Assembly (NCBI GenBank): GCA_951406725.2 | Contig: OX597817.1 | Location: 153,388,001-153,452,000 of the forward strand | Direction of reading: 5' to 3' | DNA: 64,000 nucleotides | Source of the DNA: Octopus vulgaris | Lineage: Eukaryota | In this document: piece by piece, positions 12,602 to 26,332 of the stretch | How the letters are laid out: every line of letters begins with the position of its first letter | Numbering within the stretch: the first letter of the stretch is position 1 | Program-made: the position numbers and the translations under genes | Notes under the pieces: model-generated | Told to the model about the DNA's origin: nothing | What the model saw: the letters and a program-made list of their open reading frames with translations, nothing else | The model's database searches: none

Positions 12602-12745
12602 ACGCCCCGTAATTTCCTGGTTCGGCATAAGAGACCGATAGAATAAGTAGCAGGCTTTAAAAATACAAGCGGTGGGTTCGATTTGTTGGACTAGGATCGT
12701 TCAAAACAGTACCCTAACGTGGCCGCAGTTTAACGACTGAAGCCA
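12590..12745 (+). mobile_element. SINE family B, 3' fragment
   Basis: GGTTCGGCATAAGAGACCGATAGAATAAGTA..GGCCGCAGT..GACTGAA. Confidence 0.7.
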
Positions 12746-12894
12746 AAGTGTTACTCATATTATGTTTGTTTATGTTGTTTTTTAAGCCTTAGCTGAGCCC
12801 TGATGGAATCGACCTATAATTGAAGGCAATCCAGCAGTGACCATCTCCTCTTTTTGTATATCTAGAACTACACTATCTAATGTATCTTTTTTCT

Positions 12895-13100
12895 ATCATT
12901 TGTTTGTTTCAGTCACTGGACTGCGGCTACACCGGGGCACTGCTTTGAAGAGTTTAGCCGAACAAATTGACCTTTGTACTTAGTTTTAGGTCTAGTACTT
13001 TTTTGTATCGGGGATTTTTGCGGAACCGCTACGTTATAGGGACAGAAACAAAGCAACACCGGCTGTCAAGTGGTGGAGGGTAGAAGCACAAACACAACGA
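12895..13100 (-). mobile_element. Diverged SINE family B, 3' half
   Basis: TTGTTTCAGTCA.TGGACTGCGGC..GAACCGCTA.GTTA. Confidence 0.65.
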
Positions 13101-13299
13101 CGCATACAACACAAAGATAGACACATATACAAAATGCTCCGCACACACACACGCACACACACAAGCAAACCTACTCACACACACACATACTCACACAAAC
13201 AGAAACACGTACGTATACATACCATCGATTTCCACATAGGATTTGGTTGTTATTTCTAGCCAGTTATATGACTACGTACAATCTACAACCTGAGGCAGT

Positions 13300-13330
13300 G
13301 GTGACGACAACGATGAAGATAGCATCGATA

Positions 13331-13361
<31 letters not shown>

Positions 13362-13772
13362 GGAGGAGGAGGAGGAGGAGGAAGAGGATGGTGGTGGGGT
13401 GGTAGTGGTAGTGTTCATGATGACGATGATGATGATGAGACGATGGCGACGATGACCACGACGTTGATGACAATATCGACGACGAAGATGACCGTGACAA
13501 CGATGACGACTACGATGCTGCCAATGATGATGATGATGACGACGATGAGGATGATGATGACGATGACGACGACGACAACAACCATGATAACGATGACCAC
13601 GACGAAGATGACCATGACAACGATGACGACAACGATGTTGACTACAATGATGATGACGATGACGACGACGACGATAATGATGAAAATGGTGACGATGGTG
13701 ATGATGATGATGATGATGATGGTGATGGTGATGATGATGATGATGATGATGGTGATGATGATGGTGATGATG

Positions 13773-13831
<59 letters not shown>

Positions 13832-13914
13832 GGTGATGATGATGATGATGAGGATGATGGTGATGATGATGATGATGGTGATGATGATAATGATGATGAT
13901 GGTGGTGGTGAGGG

Positions 13915-13946
<32 letters not shown>

Positions 13947-13955
13947 GTGGTGATG

Positions 13956-14005
<50 letters not shown>

Positions 14006-14028
14006 GATGATGATGGTGGTGGTGAGGG

Positions 14029-14084
<56 letters not shown>

Positions 14085-14144
14085 GTGGTGATGGTGATGA
14101 TGATAATGATGATGATGATGATGATGATGATGGTGATGATGGTA

Positions 14145-14215
<71 letters not shown>

Positions 14216-14235
14216 GATGATGATGGTGGTGATGG

Positions 14236-14270
<35 letters not shown>

Positions 14271-14282
14271 GTGATGATGGTA

Positions 14283-14327
<45 letters not shown>

Positions 14328-14330
14328 TAA
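13300..14330. repeat. ~1-kb degenerate (TGA/TGG/CGA)n microsatellite
   Basis: Directly visible; it produces the poly-His/Met/Ser ORFs. Confidence 0.97.
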
Positions 14331-14446
14331 TGATTGCAGTAGCATATGATATGAGAAGCTGCTGCGGGAGTGTGGAGTGACTGGGTGACACTTTGCCGGT
14401 TTTACAATCACTGAAAAGACCCGATGTATTTGAAAAATATGTCATG

Positions 14447-14579
14447 TACTACTACTACTGTTACTACTACTGCAACTACTACCACCACCACCACCACAAC
14501 CACCACCACCACCACTACTACTACTACTACCACCATCACCACCACCACCACCACCACCACCACCACCACCACCACCACC

Positions 14580-14657
<78 letters not shown>
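14447..14657. repeat. (CTA)/(CCA)/(CTG) compound microsatellite
   Basis: Directly visible. Confidence 0.96.
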
Positions 14658-14658
<1 letters not shown>

Positions 14659-14745
14659 TGCAGTTGTAGATTTCGCCTTAAAAAGTGCACTTATCCCCAT
14701 TCACAGGAGATTCTGTGGGGACTGGCATAATGGAGCGCTTTTGTT

Positions 14746-15168
14746 ATTCTTTTATTCTTTTATTTGTTTCAGTCATTCGACTTCGGCCATGCTGGAGCAC
14801 AGCCTTAAAGGGTTTTAAGCGAAGTCGTCGCACCCAGGACCTATTCTTTGTAAATCTAGTACTTATTCTATCGGTCCCTTTTGCCGAAACGCTAAGTTAC
14901 GGGGGACATAAATACGCCAACATCGGTTGCCAAGCGATGGCGGGGGAAGGGGAAACACATACGCGCGCGCGCACATACAAATACATACATATGTCTACAT
15001 ACGTATACACGACGGGCTTCTTTAGGTTTCCGTCAACCAGATCCTCTCACAAGGCTTTGGTCGGCCCGAGGCTATAGTAGAAGACACTTGCCCAAGGTGC
15101 AACGCAGTGGGACTGAACCCGGAACCATGTTGTTGGGAAGCAAGCTACTTACCACACAGCCGCACCTG
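14746..15168 (-). mobile_element. SINE family B, full length
   Basis: Reverse complement matches the family B head, body and tail. Confidence 0.88.
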
Positions 15169-15199
15169 AGTACCATTTTGCTTTTCTTTTTCAAGTATC

Positions 15200-15980
<781 letters not shown>

Positions 15981-16239
15981 ACACACACTCACCAAGACAT
16001 TTGTGCACACACGCACTTGTGCGTAAACACCGAGCTAGAAAGCTACATAGAGATAAGATACAGACACACAGATAAGTATGTGTGTATGTCTGTATCTAAA
16101 CATATATATTAATACAACTATATACGTATGTATGTGTGTGTGAGTGTGTGCATATGTATGTAATATATTTATAGGGATGTATGGATGTGCATACATACAC
16201 ACACATATATACACAAAAATACTCGCATATGAATATATA

Positions 16240-16670
<431 letters not shown>

Positions 16671-17402
16671 TATTTCTCTAGCTAAATACTTTCTTTCTCT
16701 TTATCTTCCTCTCTCTGTCTCTCTCTCTGTCTCTCTCTCTGTGTCTCTCTCTCTGTATGGATATATGTATACACACACGCATGTATGTACGTATAGGTAG
16801 AGACATATTTTATACGTACGTATATATATATACATACATTTATACAAAAATACATATATTTATGCTTATAGTATATATATACGTTTACATATCGGAGAGA
16901 AAGACAGAAAGGGACTTGAAATAGAGAGAAAAAAAAGGGGGAGAGAATCAAGAAAATAGTGTGAGGATATATTCCTGAGAGACGGAAGGAGACAGAAGCT
17001 TTGAAGTGAATCTAAGCAAGTGGAAAGATCTTTGCTTCTAAAGAATCGAAGATAACAATAGCAGTAGCAAGAACAACAACAGCAAAAGCGGAAAACATAA
17101 ACACCAATCGCAACAATAGTAGTATAAACAACAACCACCACCACTTTCACCACCTCCAATACTGCCACCAACATCACTACAACAACAACAGCAGCTGCAA
17201 CAATAACACTGATAGCTAACAACAAAAATATTGACTTCAATTGATGATCATTAATGATAAAATAACATTCAGCCACAATGAGCAACATCAGTAAACGCTT
17301 ACCACAAACAATAACAGCTCGATCAAATTTAGACGAGTGTTAAATAACAACGACGGTGTTCTGCAAGGATCCGTTATATCGCCCACGTTTATATAGTGTT
17401 AT

Positions 17403-17792
17403 GGATTTGGAAGCACTCCGTCGGTTACGACGACGAGGGTTCCGGTTGATCCGAATTAACGGAACAGCCTGCTCGTGAAATTAACGTGTAAGTGACTGAG
17501 CACTCCACAGACACGTGTACCCTTAACGTAGTTCTCGGGGATATTCAGCGTGACACAGAGAGTGACAAGGCCGGCCCTTTGAAATACAGGTACAACAGAA
17601 ACAGGAAGTAAGAGTGAGAGAAAGTTGTGGTGAAAGAGTACAGCAGGGATCACCACCATCCCCTGCCGGTGCCTCGCGGAGCTTTAGGTGTTTTCGCTCA
17701 ATAAACACTCACAACACCCGGTCTGGGAATCGAAACCGCGATCCTACGACCGCGAGTCCGCTGCCCTAACCACTGGGCCATTGCGCCTCCAC
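17403..17792 (-). mobile_element. SINE family A, tail type 1, full length
   Basis: Near-identical to the copies at 589 and 44093. 13-bp TSD TATATAGTGTTAT at 17390-17402 and 17793-17805. Confidence 0.94.
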
Positions 17793-18139
17793 TATATAGT
17801 GTTATATAGCCACGTTTGTTTGTTAATTATTGCCCAACCTGTCTGCCAACGTGTTCTTAAAGCACATACAGGCACAGCTTATTATGTATGCGCAGATGAC
17901 ATCACATGCATAACCTATCACCATTTCACAGACTCAGCGTGCATCACGACTCCAATACTGTAACAAACAAAGAATTCGGGTTCAGTTCCACTGGGTGGAA
18001 CTTTGCCCAAATGTCCTCTACTCGGGTCGTCCAATGACTTGTGTCTGTGAGAATATGGTAGGTGGAAATTGTATGGAAGTCTGTCGTATACATACATACA
18101 TGCTTGTATATATGTTCTTCTCTGTCATTTTAATTTTAG

Positions 18140-18930
18140 AATAAATTTTAACCAGCCACCTACTTAAGAGGGTCTTGCAAATTTTTATAGTCCCAAATAC
18201 CACGGTTATTTATAAAATATGAATTAAGAATTTACATTCTCTCCCCAAGATCCCAAGTTCAGTTATACTTTGCTCCAGACGGGCTGTTATGTATTCTTTT
18301 GTTCCAATAATAATATGCATTATGCTGTAAGTGTATTTTGGGTACTGGATTTATAAACATCGTCTCATTGGTCCTTCGATGTCCTTTTTCTCTTGTATTT
18401 TTCTCACTACATTGGTGTCCAGCGGGCAGCTGATTTCCACAACAGAATATATCTTTTCTTTGTAGTTCTAGCCGGTTATGTTTAACCTAGTGACTGTTTT
18501 AATTTTTAAGCTCAACCAATATTCTTTTGACCCATCGGTATCAGCATCGTCAACTTAATTTGAAGGTATTTTCTTTTTTGTTATCCTTTTCCAGATTGTT
18601 CTGGACACCGCTTTATGCTTCATGGAAAGAAAATATCTGGAACACATTCTCCCACAGTTGGCAATAATGTGGTTGATGTCTGCAGTCTTTGTCTCGCAAA
18701 GCTTACATTTGTTGACTGTCAACGTTTTCTGCCTTTTATGCTATAAGTACTTCGTGGGGACCCCTTGTTCTTGGATTGCATGGATGTAACATTCAAAGTG
18801 GGATGTCATAAACTTGTTGGTACTTCACGTCAAACTTTTGACATGATCAATTCCTTCTATGGCTTGTGGTTTACGTGCTAAGTACCCCTGTTCTATCTTC
18901 TCAGTGAACTGGTCCATTTTTTAAATTTTT
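18140..18930 (-). mobile_element. Old R4/Dong-clade LINE 3' fragment (CCHC + restriction-like endonuclease)
   Basis: Manual translation: FECYIHAIQEQGVPTKYL, CKLCETKTADINHIIANC (CCHC), VVEISCPLD and VFGTIKICKTLL. Interrupted by stops and frameshifts. Confidence 0.75.
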
Positions 18931-19004
18931 GTTTATTTTTCTGTGTTTCTTGGGAAGAGAATCTGTATCAGTTCTTATTACATACCTCTTCTCAAGTTCC
19001 TAAC

Positions 19005-19103
19005 TATGTATGTATGTATGTATGTATGTATGTATGTATGTATGTATGTATGTATGTATGTATGTATGTATGTATGTATGTATGTATGTACGTACGTACG
19101 TAT
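19005..19103. repeat. (TATG)n microsatellite
   Basis: Directly visible. Confidence 0.95.
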
Positions 19104-19533
19104 GTGTGGGGGTTGTACCTACTTGACCACTTAATAACCATTGTTGGTTTGTTTTGTACCGTCAATTAGCGGTTTGACAACAAAGACTGATAAAATAAGT
19201 AAGACACTTAAAAGCAAGTACTGAGATCGATTTGTTCGACTAAATCCGTTAAGGCGGTGCTCCAGTATGGCCGCTGTCGAATGACTGAAACAAGCAAGAG
19301 ATAAATGACAATAAAGAAACGTACATAAAGATTTTGCGTGCACGAATATTTGGCCAGCAAAAGCAATCAACATTGGTATACAAATAATTCACTAGATCCT
19401 TTAGAGATTATCACAATTCTGCTTGGATCCCTAATCTTTATTCATTGAATAGCAATAAATTTCTGAAGAAAGAAAGCTGCGTACATCACGGGAGTCACAA
19501 GCTGAATATAAATTGCCCCGCCGATGAAACGTG

Positions 19534-19899
19534 TGGAAGCACTCCGTCGGTTGCGACGACGAGGGTTCCGGTTGATCCGAATCAACGGAACAGCCTGCTC
19601 GTGAAATTAACGTGTAAGTGGCTGAGCACTCCACAGACACGTGTACCTTTAACGTAGTTCTCGGGGATATTCAGCGTGACACAGAGAGTGACAAGGCCGG
19701 CCCTTTGAAATACAGGTACAACAGAAACAGGAAGTAAGAGTGAGAGAAAGTTGTGGTGAAAGAGTACAGCAGGGATCACCACCATCCCCTGCCGGAGCCT
19801 CGTGGAGCTTTAGGTGTTTTCGCTCAATAAACACTCACAACGCCCGGTCTGGGAATCGAAACCGCGATCCTATGACCGCGAGTCCGCTGCCCTAACCAC
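19534..19899 (-). mobile_element. SINE family A, tail type 1, lacking its first ~19 nt
   Basis: Matches the 17403 copy up to CCTAACCAC, then fuses to RTE-like sequence. Confidence 0.92.
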
Positions 19900-20198
19900 C
19901 TCCTTCTCTGTCAGCTGGAGGGGGAGGCTATCTTCCCAACCAATACCACTGTTGTGTGTGCCGTTGGATGACGGACTCTGGTGATGATGTAATTCCAAGT
20001 TTTCCAATCCATGGCGCTGGCCTAAGCATGTTTGGCGTCAAGGCACTGCGACTGCAAGACTTCCTCAAAGTTTTTCGCCCATTTTCCCTTTGGCAGATAG
20101 TGCTAGATTCTTCAGGGCTTGGGTCGCTGAAGCCTCAAAAGTTGGTGTGGTAGTCTTCTGGTGCTCACCCTGCAGACGTGACCAAACCACTGCATTCT
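19900..20198 (-). mobile_element. RTE-clade LINE C-terminal fragment
   Basis: Minus-strand translation RMQWFGHVCRVSTRRLPHQLL..AMDWKTWNYII carries the RTE WxGHxxR and DRxxW-like motifs; in-frame stops present. Confidence 0.72.
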
Positions 20199-20212
20199 GC
20201 CAGCTGGCCGCC

Positions 20213-20304
<92 letters not shown>

Positions 20305-20927
20305 TATCTCTAGCCGCCCAGTCCTGGCTAAGAAGGAATATATTCACAGACATGCCAGAGTTGGAACCTACATACATTGGAAGCTATGCCAACATTATGG
20401 AATAACAACAGAAAAAAGATGGTATAGGCACACACCAGAAAAGGTCACAGAAAACGAGAAAGCAACCATACTCTGGGATATGCCGATACACACAGATAGA
20501 GAAATTAAGGCCAACAGACCAAATATAGTTGTCAGAGATCATGAAGAAAAAAAATGCTTTCTAATTGATGTATCAATACCGGCAGATGACAACGTGTCTC
20601 TAAAAGAAATGGAGAAACTCTCAAAATACAAAGACCTGGAAATAGAGGTAACCAGAATGTGGAATCTAAAAACAGAAACAATTCCTATCATAGTAGGTGC
20701 ATTAGGCATGATAAAAAAATATTCAGACAAATACATAACAAAAACACCAGGACTTACAAACACATATAACATACAGAAAATTGCACTACTAGGCACTGCA
20801 CACATCTTACGCAGAACACTTTCCATACAATAACCATCAGAGCATCACAGCAAATCACAGCACATACCTAAGGCACACAGAGCTGAGGTCGGTAGTGAAG
20901 TGAAAGCACGCTATAAAAATAAAACTA

Positions 20928-20930
<3 letters not shown>
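20305..20930 (+). mobile_element. 5'-truncated R4/Dong-clade LINE, open restriction-like endonuclease domain plus 3' UTR
   Basis: ORF to 20833: EYIHRH, ILWD, RPNIVV (PD-like), IDVSIP, KLSKYKDL, PIIVGALG, LLGTAHILR. Flanked on both sides by (TAA)n. Confidence 0.9.
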
Positions 20931-20991
<61 letters not shown>

Positions 20992-20993
<2 letters not shown>

Positions 20994-22140
20994 CCTGAAA
21001 TACTCTGATGACAGTATGTTAAAACTTGTCTTAAAGTATCAAAGCATGAGAGCATCATACTCAGTAACAAAACAAACAAAGTAATATCTAAGTGAATTCC
21101 AAATACAACAAATCCCAGAATTAGACGTACTGGAAACAAGTACAGAAAAAGCTAAGCGTATGAAAACCCGTGCTAAAACTGCTGCCTTTGATATTCTGAC
21201 TGACAAATGGCAAGAAAAAACGCTCAATGGCAAATACCCAAACAAAGGTAATAATGCCGATGTTAACAAAGCCCTTACCCATTAATGGTTAGTGTCTTCT
21301 GGCTTAAAATCAGAAACAGAAGGGTCTACCATAGCAGTCCAAGATCAATGGCTAACAACAAGAAGCTACCAGGCTAACCTATTAAAGAACGGCAGTAGCC
21401 CAGCATGTAAACAACAAAATGAAACGATTGATTATGCTGTCTCCATGTGCAGTCTTCTTGCGCCTACAGAGTATCTCAACAGGCATGATAGAGCAGCACA
21501 ATATATTCACTGAGTAATTTGCAAAAACCTAGACCTGCCCCATGATAAAAACTGATGGGAACACAAACAACCTCCAGTGCTTGAAAATGATCACATTACA
21601 CGCTTCTGAGACTTCACCGTTCAAACTGACAGAAAGATAGATGCTGATAGGTTACTTCAGACAAAAATTATGCCTCCTCATTGATATGACTGTCCCAATC
21701 GACATAAATGTATCTGTCAAGACCTACCAAAAACTGAGCAAGTATAAAGATCTTGAAATAGAAATTGGCAAAATGCAAAACCCCAAGACTAAAACAATGC
21801 CTGTTGTCGTAGGTGCCCTAGGAATGATAGCAAAAGGGGCTGGTCCCTACCTAGCTCAGATACCAGGAAATCCCAAAAGGCAGAAATTCAAAAGATAGTG
21901 CTCATGGGAACTGTCCATATCCTACGTAAAATACTGTCTATGTAATCTCAAATTTTAAAACAAACTTATAATTTTCGTATGTTTTCTTAAACATTCTCTA
22001 GAACAATACTAGGTACAAAACCAAATATATGACACCCTAGGCATAACATCAACATGCACTTCTAACTTGTTGTCTCTTGAGATCTCTGGGTGAGACTTGG
22101 AGCCAACTTGTACAAATGTAAAGCAAAAGTCCAACATAAG
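20992..22140 (+). mobile_element. Second, different 5'-truncated R4/Dong-clade LINE copy (decayed)
   Basis: WQEKTLNGKY, SGLKSETEG, AVQDQ, YLNRHD, IDMTVP..KLSKYKDLEIE, PVVVGALG. Stops and frameshifts; (TAA)n on both sides. Confidence 0.88.
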
Positions 22141-22184
<44 letters not shown>

Positions 22185-22382
22185 CCTTTTTGCTATAGGC
22201 ACAAGGCCAGACATTTGGGGGAGGGGAATAGTTGATTACATCAACCCCCAGTATTTCACTGGTAATTAATTTATCGATCCCAAAAGAATGAAAGACAAAA
22301 TCGGCCTCAATAAGAGTGGTTTCAAATTTTGAGACAAAGCTAGTAAATTCGCGGCGGCGGAGACAAAGCTAGTAAATTCGCG

Positions 22383-22858
22383 AAAGGATGAAAGGGAAAG
22401 TCGACCTCGGCGGAATTTGAACTCAGAACGTAAAGACAGACGAAATGCATATTTCTTTACTACCCACAAGGGGCTAAACACAGAGAGGACAAACAAGGAC
22501 AGACAAACGGATTAAGCCATTTATATTGATCCCAGTGCGTAACTGGTACTTATTTAATCGACCCCGAAAGGATGAAAGGCAAAGTCGACCTCGGCGGAAT
22601 TTGAACTCAGAACGTAGCGGCAGCCGAAATACCTATTTCTTTACTACCCACAAGGGGCTAAACACAGAGGGGAAAAACAAGGACAGACAACGGTATTAAG
22701 TCGATTATATCGACCCCAGTGCGTAACTGGTACTTTATTTATCAACCCCGAAAGGATGAAAGGCAAAGTCGACCTCGGTGGAATTTGAACTCAGAATGTA
22801 ACGACAGACGAAATGCCGCTGAGCATTTCGCCCGGTGTGCAAACGATTCTGCCAGCTC
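22383..22858 (-). mobile_element. SINE family C multimer (~2.5 units)
   Basis: ~184-bp unit repeated in tandem with a single head at the 22858 end. Confidence 0.9.
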
Positions 22859-23718
22859 CCAGCGCGCCCATTAAAGATAGGGGAATGAAAACGGTGACAG
22901 TAAATGAAGCAGAAGTAATGGGAAGATCTATATTAGAAGGATGCGATGATGATCAACTAGACATAGTGAAGATGATGTGCCGATATATTTGGGAAGACTA
23001 ATTTTCGTCTTTATTAATAAATTTCGATTTCCATTATTGTTATAGAGTAAAATATTTCGTTGCTATCTTGTAACTGGAAATGATTAATTTAGATTATCGA
23101 CTCCCTCCAATCTGAGATATGTTGGTAGGCGCAAGCTAAAATTAGAAACCGAAAATATAGATTGTTTTTCGACTGTTTCAAACGGGAAATACAACTGAAA
23201 CCAATAAGATTATCAGGGCTGTGGCTAAGACTGCGGCGGAAAGATTTGGATACAAAGGAAGAGAATAAACAGTACAAAGCAATACGTAACGAACCATATT
23301 GGCGTAGACGAATTTGTGAGAAAAAAAAAAAAACGTTTAAAAGACATTTCGGAGAAGTTGATAGATTGACAAGAAGGGAACTGGGAATTGTAAACTGAAA
23401 GCATATGAATAAGACTGGAAAGAACATGTGGAATAGAAGTTAAAGGTTATGATGTAATATTGGAAGAATTGAAACAAAGAGAAGCAGCAATCAAGGCAAA
23501 ATTGGAGAGATATGACAACAGAACAAAACAATTCAGGCAGAACAGATTGTCTGAAGCAAAAAAAATAAAAAAATAAAAACCTTTTGAGGAATTAGATGGG
23601 TAATTATATCTAACATCGATGTGGACGAAAGTAGAGGGGGAGAATCTGGGATCAGCCAGTTGAGCAGAATGATAATGCAGAGTGACTGCATGAAATCCAA
23701 GATAGGTTAAGAAATATA

Positions 23719-23951
23719 TATTTCTTTACTACCCACAAGGGGCTAAACATAGAGGGGACAAACATGGACAGACAAACGGATTAAGTCGATTACACCGACC
23801 CCAGTGCGAAACTGGTACTTAATTTATCGACCCCGAAAGGATGAAAGGCAAAGTCGACCTCGGCGGAATTTGAACTCAGAATGTAACGGCAGGCGAAATA
23901 CGGCTACGCATTTCGCCCGGCAGGCTAACGATTCTGCCAGCTCACCGCCTC
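23719..23951 (-). mobile_element. SINE family C monomer nested in LINE
   Basis: 12-bp TSD TTAAGAAATATA at 23707-23718 and 23952-23963. Confidence 0.93.
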
Positions 23952-24284
23952 TTAAGAAATATAGAGGATCAAGACAACTTGAAAATAAATACAGGAAAGA
24001 TAAAAAGACAGAGAAATAAGATACCAAACTGGTAGAGGTCCAAGCCGGATGATGTCCTAGTTTGTGGGATGAAGACGCTGAGGGGGCTTCATGAAAGGCT
24101 AGCAGAATATATTAGATATTAAGATATTGTCATGCGTCTAGTATCTTGAGAAGGGTAAAATTCTGTCCAACTTTCGACCGATAACGTGTCTTCCGCTAAT
24201 GTGGAAATTACTGTCGGGTGTTTTCGTCGGCGAACTATATGGGTACTTGAAAACGGGGTGCTACCGATCGCACAGAAAGGATGT

Positions 24285-24702
24285 TCGGCGAGTTGGCAGA
24301 ATCGTTAGCACGCCGGGCGAAATGCGTAGCCGTATTTCGTCTGCCGTTAACGTTCTGAGTTCAAATTCCGCTGAGGTCGACTTAGCCTTTCATCCTTTCA
24401 GTATCGATTAAATAAGTACCAGTTACACATTGTGGTTGATATAATCGACTTAATCCGTTCGTCTGTTCTTGTTTGTCCCCTCTGTGTTTAGCCCCTAGTG
24501 GGTAGTAAAAGAATAGAAATAGGTATTTCGTCTGCCGCTACGTTCTGAGTTCAAATTCCGCTGGGGTCGACTTAGCCTTTCATCCTTTCGGTATCGATTA
24601 AATAAGTACCTGTTACACACTGGGATCGATGTTTTCGACTTAATCCGTTTGTCCTTGTTTGTCTCCTCTGTGTTTAGCCCCTTGTGGGCAGTAAAAGAAA
24701 TA
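24285..24702 (+). mobile_element. SINE family C dimer nested in LINE RT
   Basis: 11-bp TSD AGAAAGGATGT at 24274-24284 and 24703-24713; it splits the QKGC codons. Confidence 0.93.
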
Positions 24703-25180
24703 AGAAAGGATGTCGAAAGAGGAGCCGGGGAACGAAAAAGATCAGCTGTTAATTCATACGCTAATTATCAGTAACTGCAATGGAAGGTACACGGATTTGA
24801 GTACGGCATGAATGAAAAAAAACGAACGATAAAACTTTTCGAAATTTGACACTTGACCAGCAGTTTTAAGGAGACGGGGCAAGCCGTTTAAATCGATCTC
24901 AGTACTCCGCTGGTACTTTATTTTATCGACTACGACACGACGAAACGCCAGGTCAATTCGGTGAGTTTCTACTTGTAGTTCAATTTACAAGGAATGAAAA
25001 TTAAATCCACCTCAAATCATTAGAAAAGGAAAGATTATTTGATTATGTAGTCTTAGATATATTGTGATTCAGGAAGAGGCAAGATCGCCAAGGCTGGATC
25101 GTAATTATCATAGAACTGCTTGATCAGGGATTACCTGCCGTTAAAGTACAACAACAAAAACAACAGTAGCAACAACAACA

Positions 25181-25608
25181 TAGGCGCAGGAGTGGCTGTG
25201 TGGTGAGTAGCTTGCTAACCAACCACATGGTTCCGGGTTCAGTCCCACTGCGTGGCATCTTGGGCAAGTGTCTTCTGCTATAGCCCAGGGCCGACCAATG
25301 CCTTGTGAGTGGATTTGGTAGACGGAAACTGAAAGAAGCCTGTCGTATATATGTATGTATATATATATATATATGTGTGTGTGGGTGTGTGTGTTTGTGT
25401 GTCTGTGTTTGTCCCACTAGCATTGCTTGACAACCGATGCTGGTGTGTTTACATCCCCGTCAATTAGCGGTTCGGCAAAAGAGACCGATAGAATAAGTGC
25501 TGGGCTTACAAAAAGAATACGTCCCGGGGTCGATTTGCTCGACTAAAGGCGGTGCTCCAGTATGGCCACAGTCAAATGACTGAAACAAGTAAAAGAGTAA
25601 AAAGAGTA
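25181..25608 (+). mobile_element. SINE family B, full length
   Basis: TAGGCGCAGGAGTGGCTGTGTGG head, GGTTCAGTCCC B-box, CORE-like TTGGGCAAGTGTCTT, internal (TA)(TG), AAAAGAGTA tail repeats. Confidence 0.93.
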
Positions 25609-25793
25609 TAGCAATCAAACACAAGGAGAGCGGCGATCAACACTAAGAGGAACATCAACAACACGTTGAACGACGAGGAGAACATCGTCAATAATAACAA
25701 TCAATAACAACAATCAATAACAAGGAGGAAGAGAAGGGAATGTGTGAAAGAGAACGAAGGATCTCTTCACACACACACGTACACACACATATA

Positions 25794-26179
25794 TGGAAGC
25801 ACTCCGTCGGTTACGACGATGAGGGCTCCGGTTGATCCGAATCAACGGAACAGCCTGCTCGTGAAATTAACGTGTAAGTGGCTGAGCACTCCACAGACAC
25901 GTGCACCCTTAACGTAGTTCTCGGGGATATTCAGCGTGACACAGAGAGTGACAAGGCCGGCCCCTTGAAATACAGTTACAACAGAAACAGGAAGTAAGAG
26001 TGAGAGAAAGTTGTGGTGAAAGAGTACAGCAGGGATCACCACCATCCCCTGCCGGAGCGTCGTGGAACTTTTAGGTGTTTTCGCTCAATAAACACTCACA
26101 ACGCCCGGTCTGGGAATCGAAACCGCGATCCTATGACCGCGAGTCCGCTGCCCAAACCACTGGGCCATTGCGCCTCCAC
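25794..26179 (-). mobile_element. SINE family A, tail type 1
   Basis: Near-identical to the 17403 copy. Confidence 0.93.
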
Positions 26180-26332
26180 TACACACATATATATACACAT
26201 ATACATATATATAAACACACATACATACACACACATAAGTTCACGGATATGTGTGTGTATATGTGTATGAAGCGTTAAAGTATATAAATATATATATATA
26301 TGTATATATATATGTATATATATATATGTGTG

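Larger units (their letters stand above)
23150..24812 (+). mobile_element. Old R4/Dong-clade LINE internal fragment (pre-RT to RT motifs 1-3), interrupted by two SINEs
   Basis: PYWRRRI, LEELKQR..RYDNRTKQFRQNRL, IWDQPVE, IPNW, LHERLA, NFRPITCLPLMWKLL and QKGCRKRSRGTK-DQLLI, read across frameshifts and insertions. Confidence 0.8.

Noticed and set aside
13272-14411. 379-aa His-rich ORF and other homopolymer/dipeptide ORFs (poly-I, YI, CV, HT, LSIY, FLS)
   Set aside because: Translations of microsatellites lacking stop codons; no domain or splice support.
20090-20833. 247-aa ORF as a full protein with a poly-Ile membrane segment
   Set aside because: Chance read-through from antisense RTE sequence across (ATA)n into a truncated R4 endonuclease domain.
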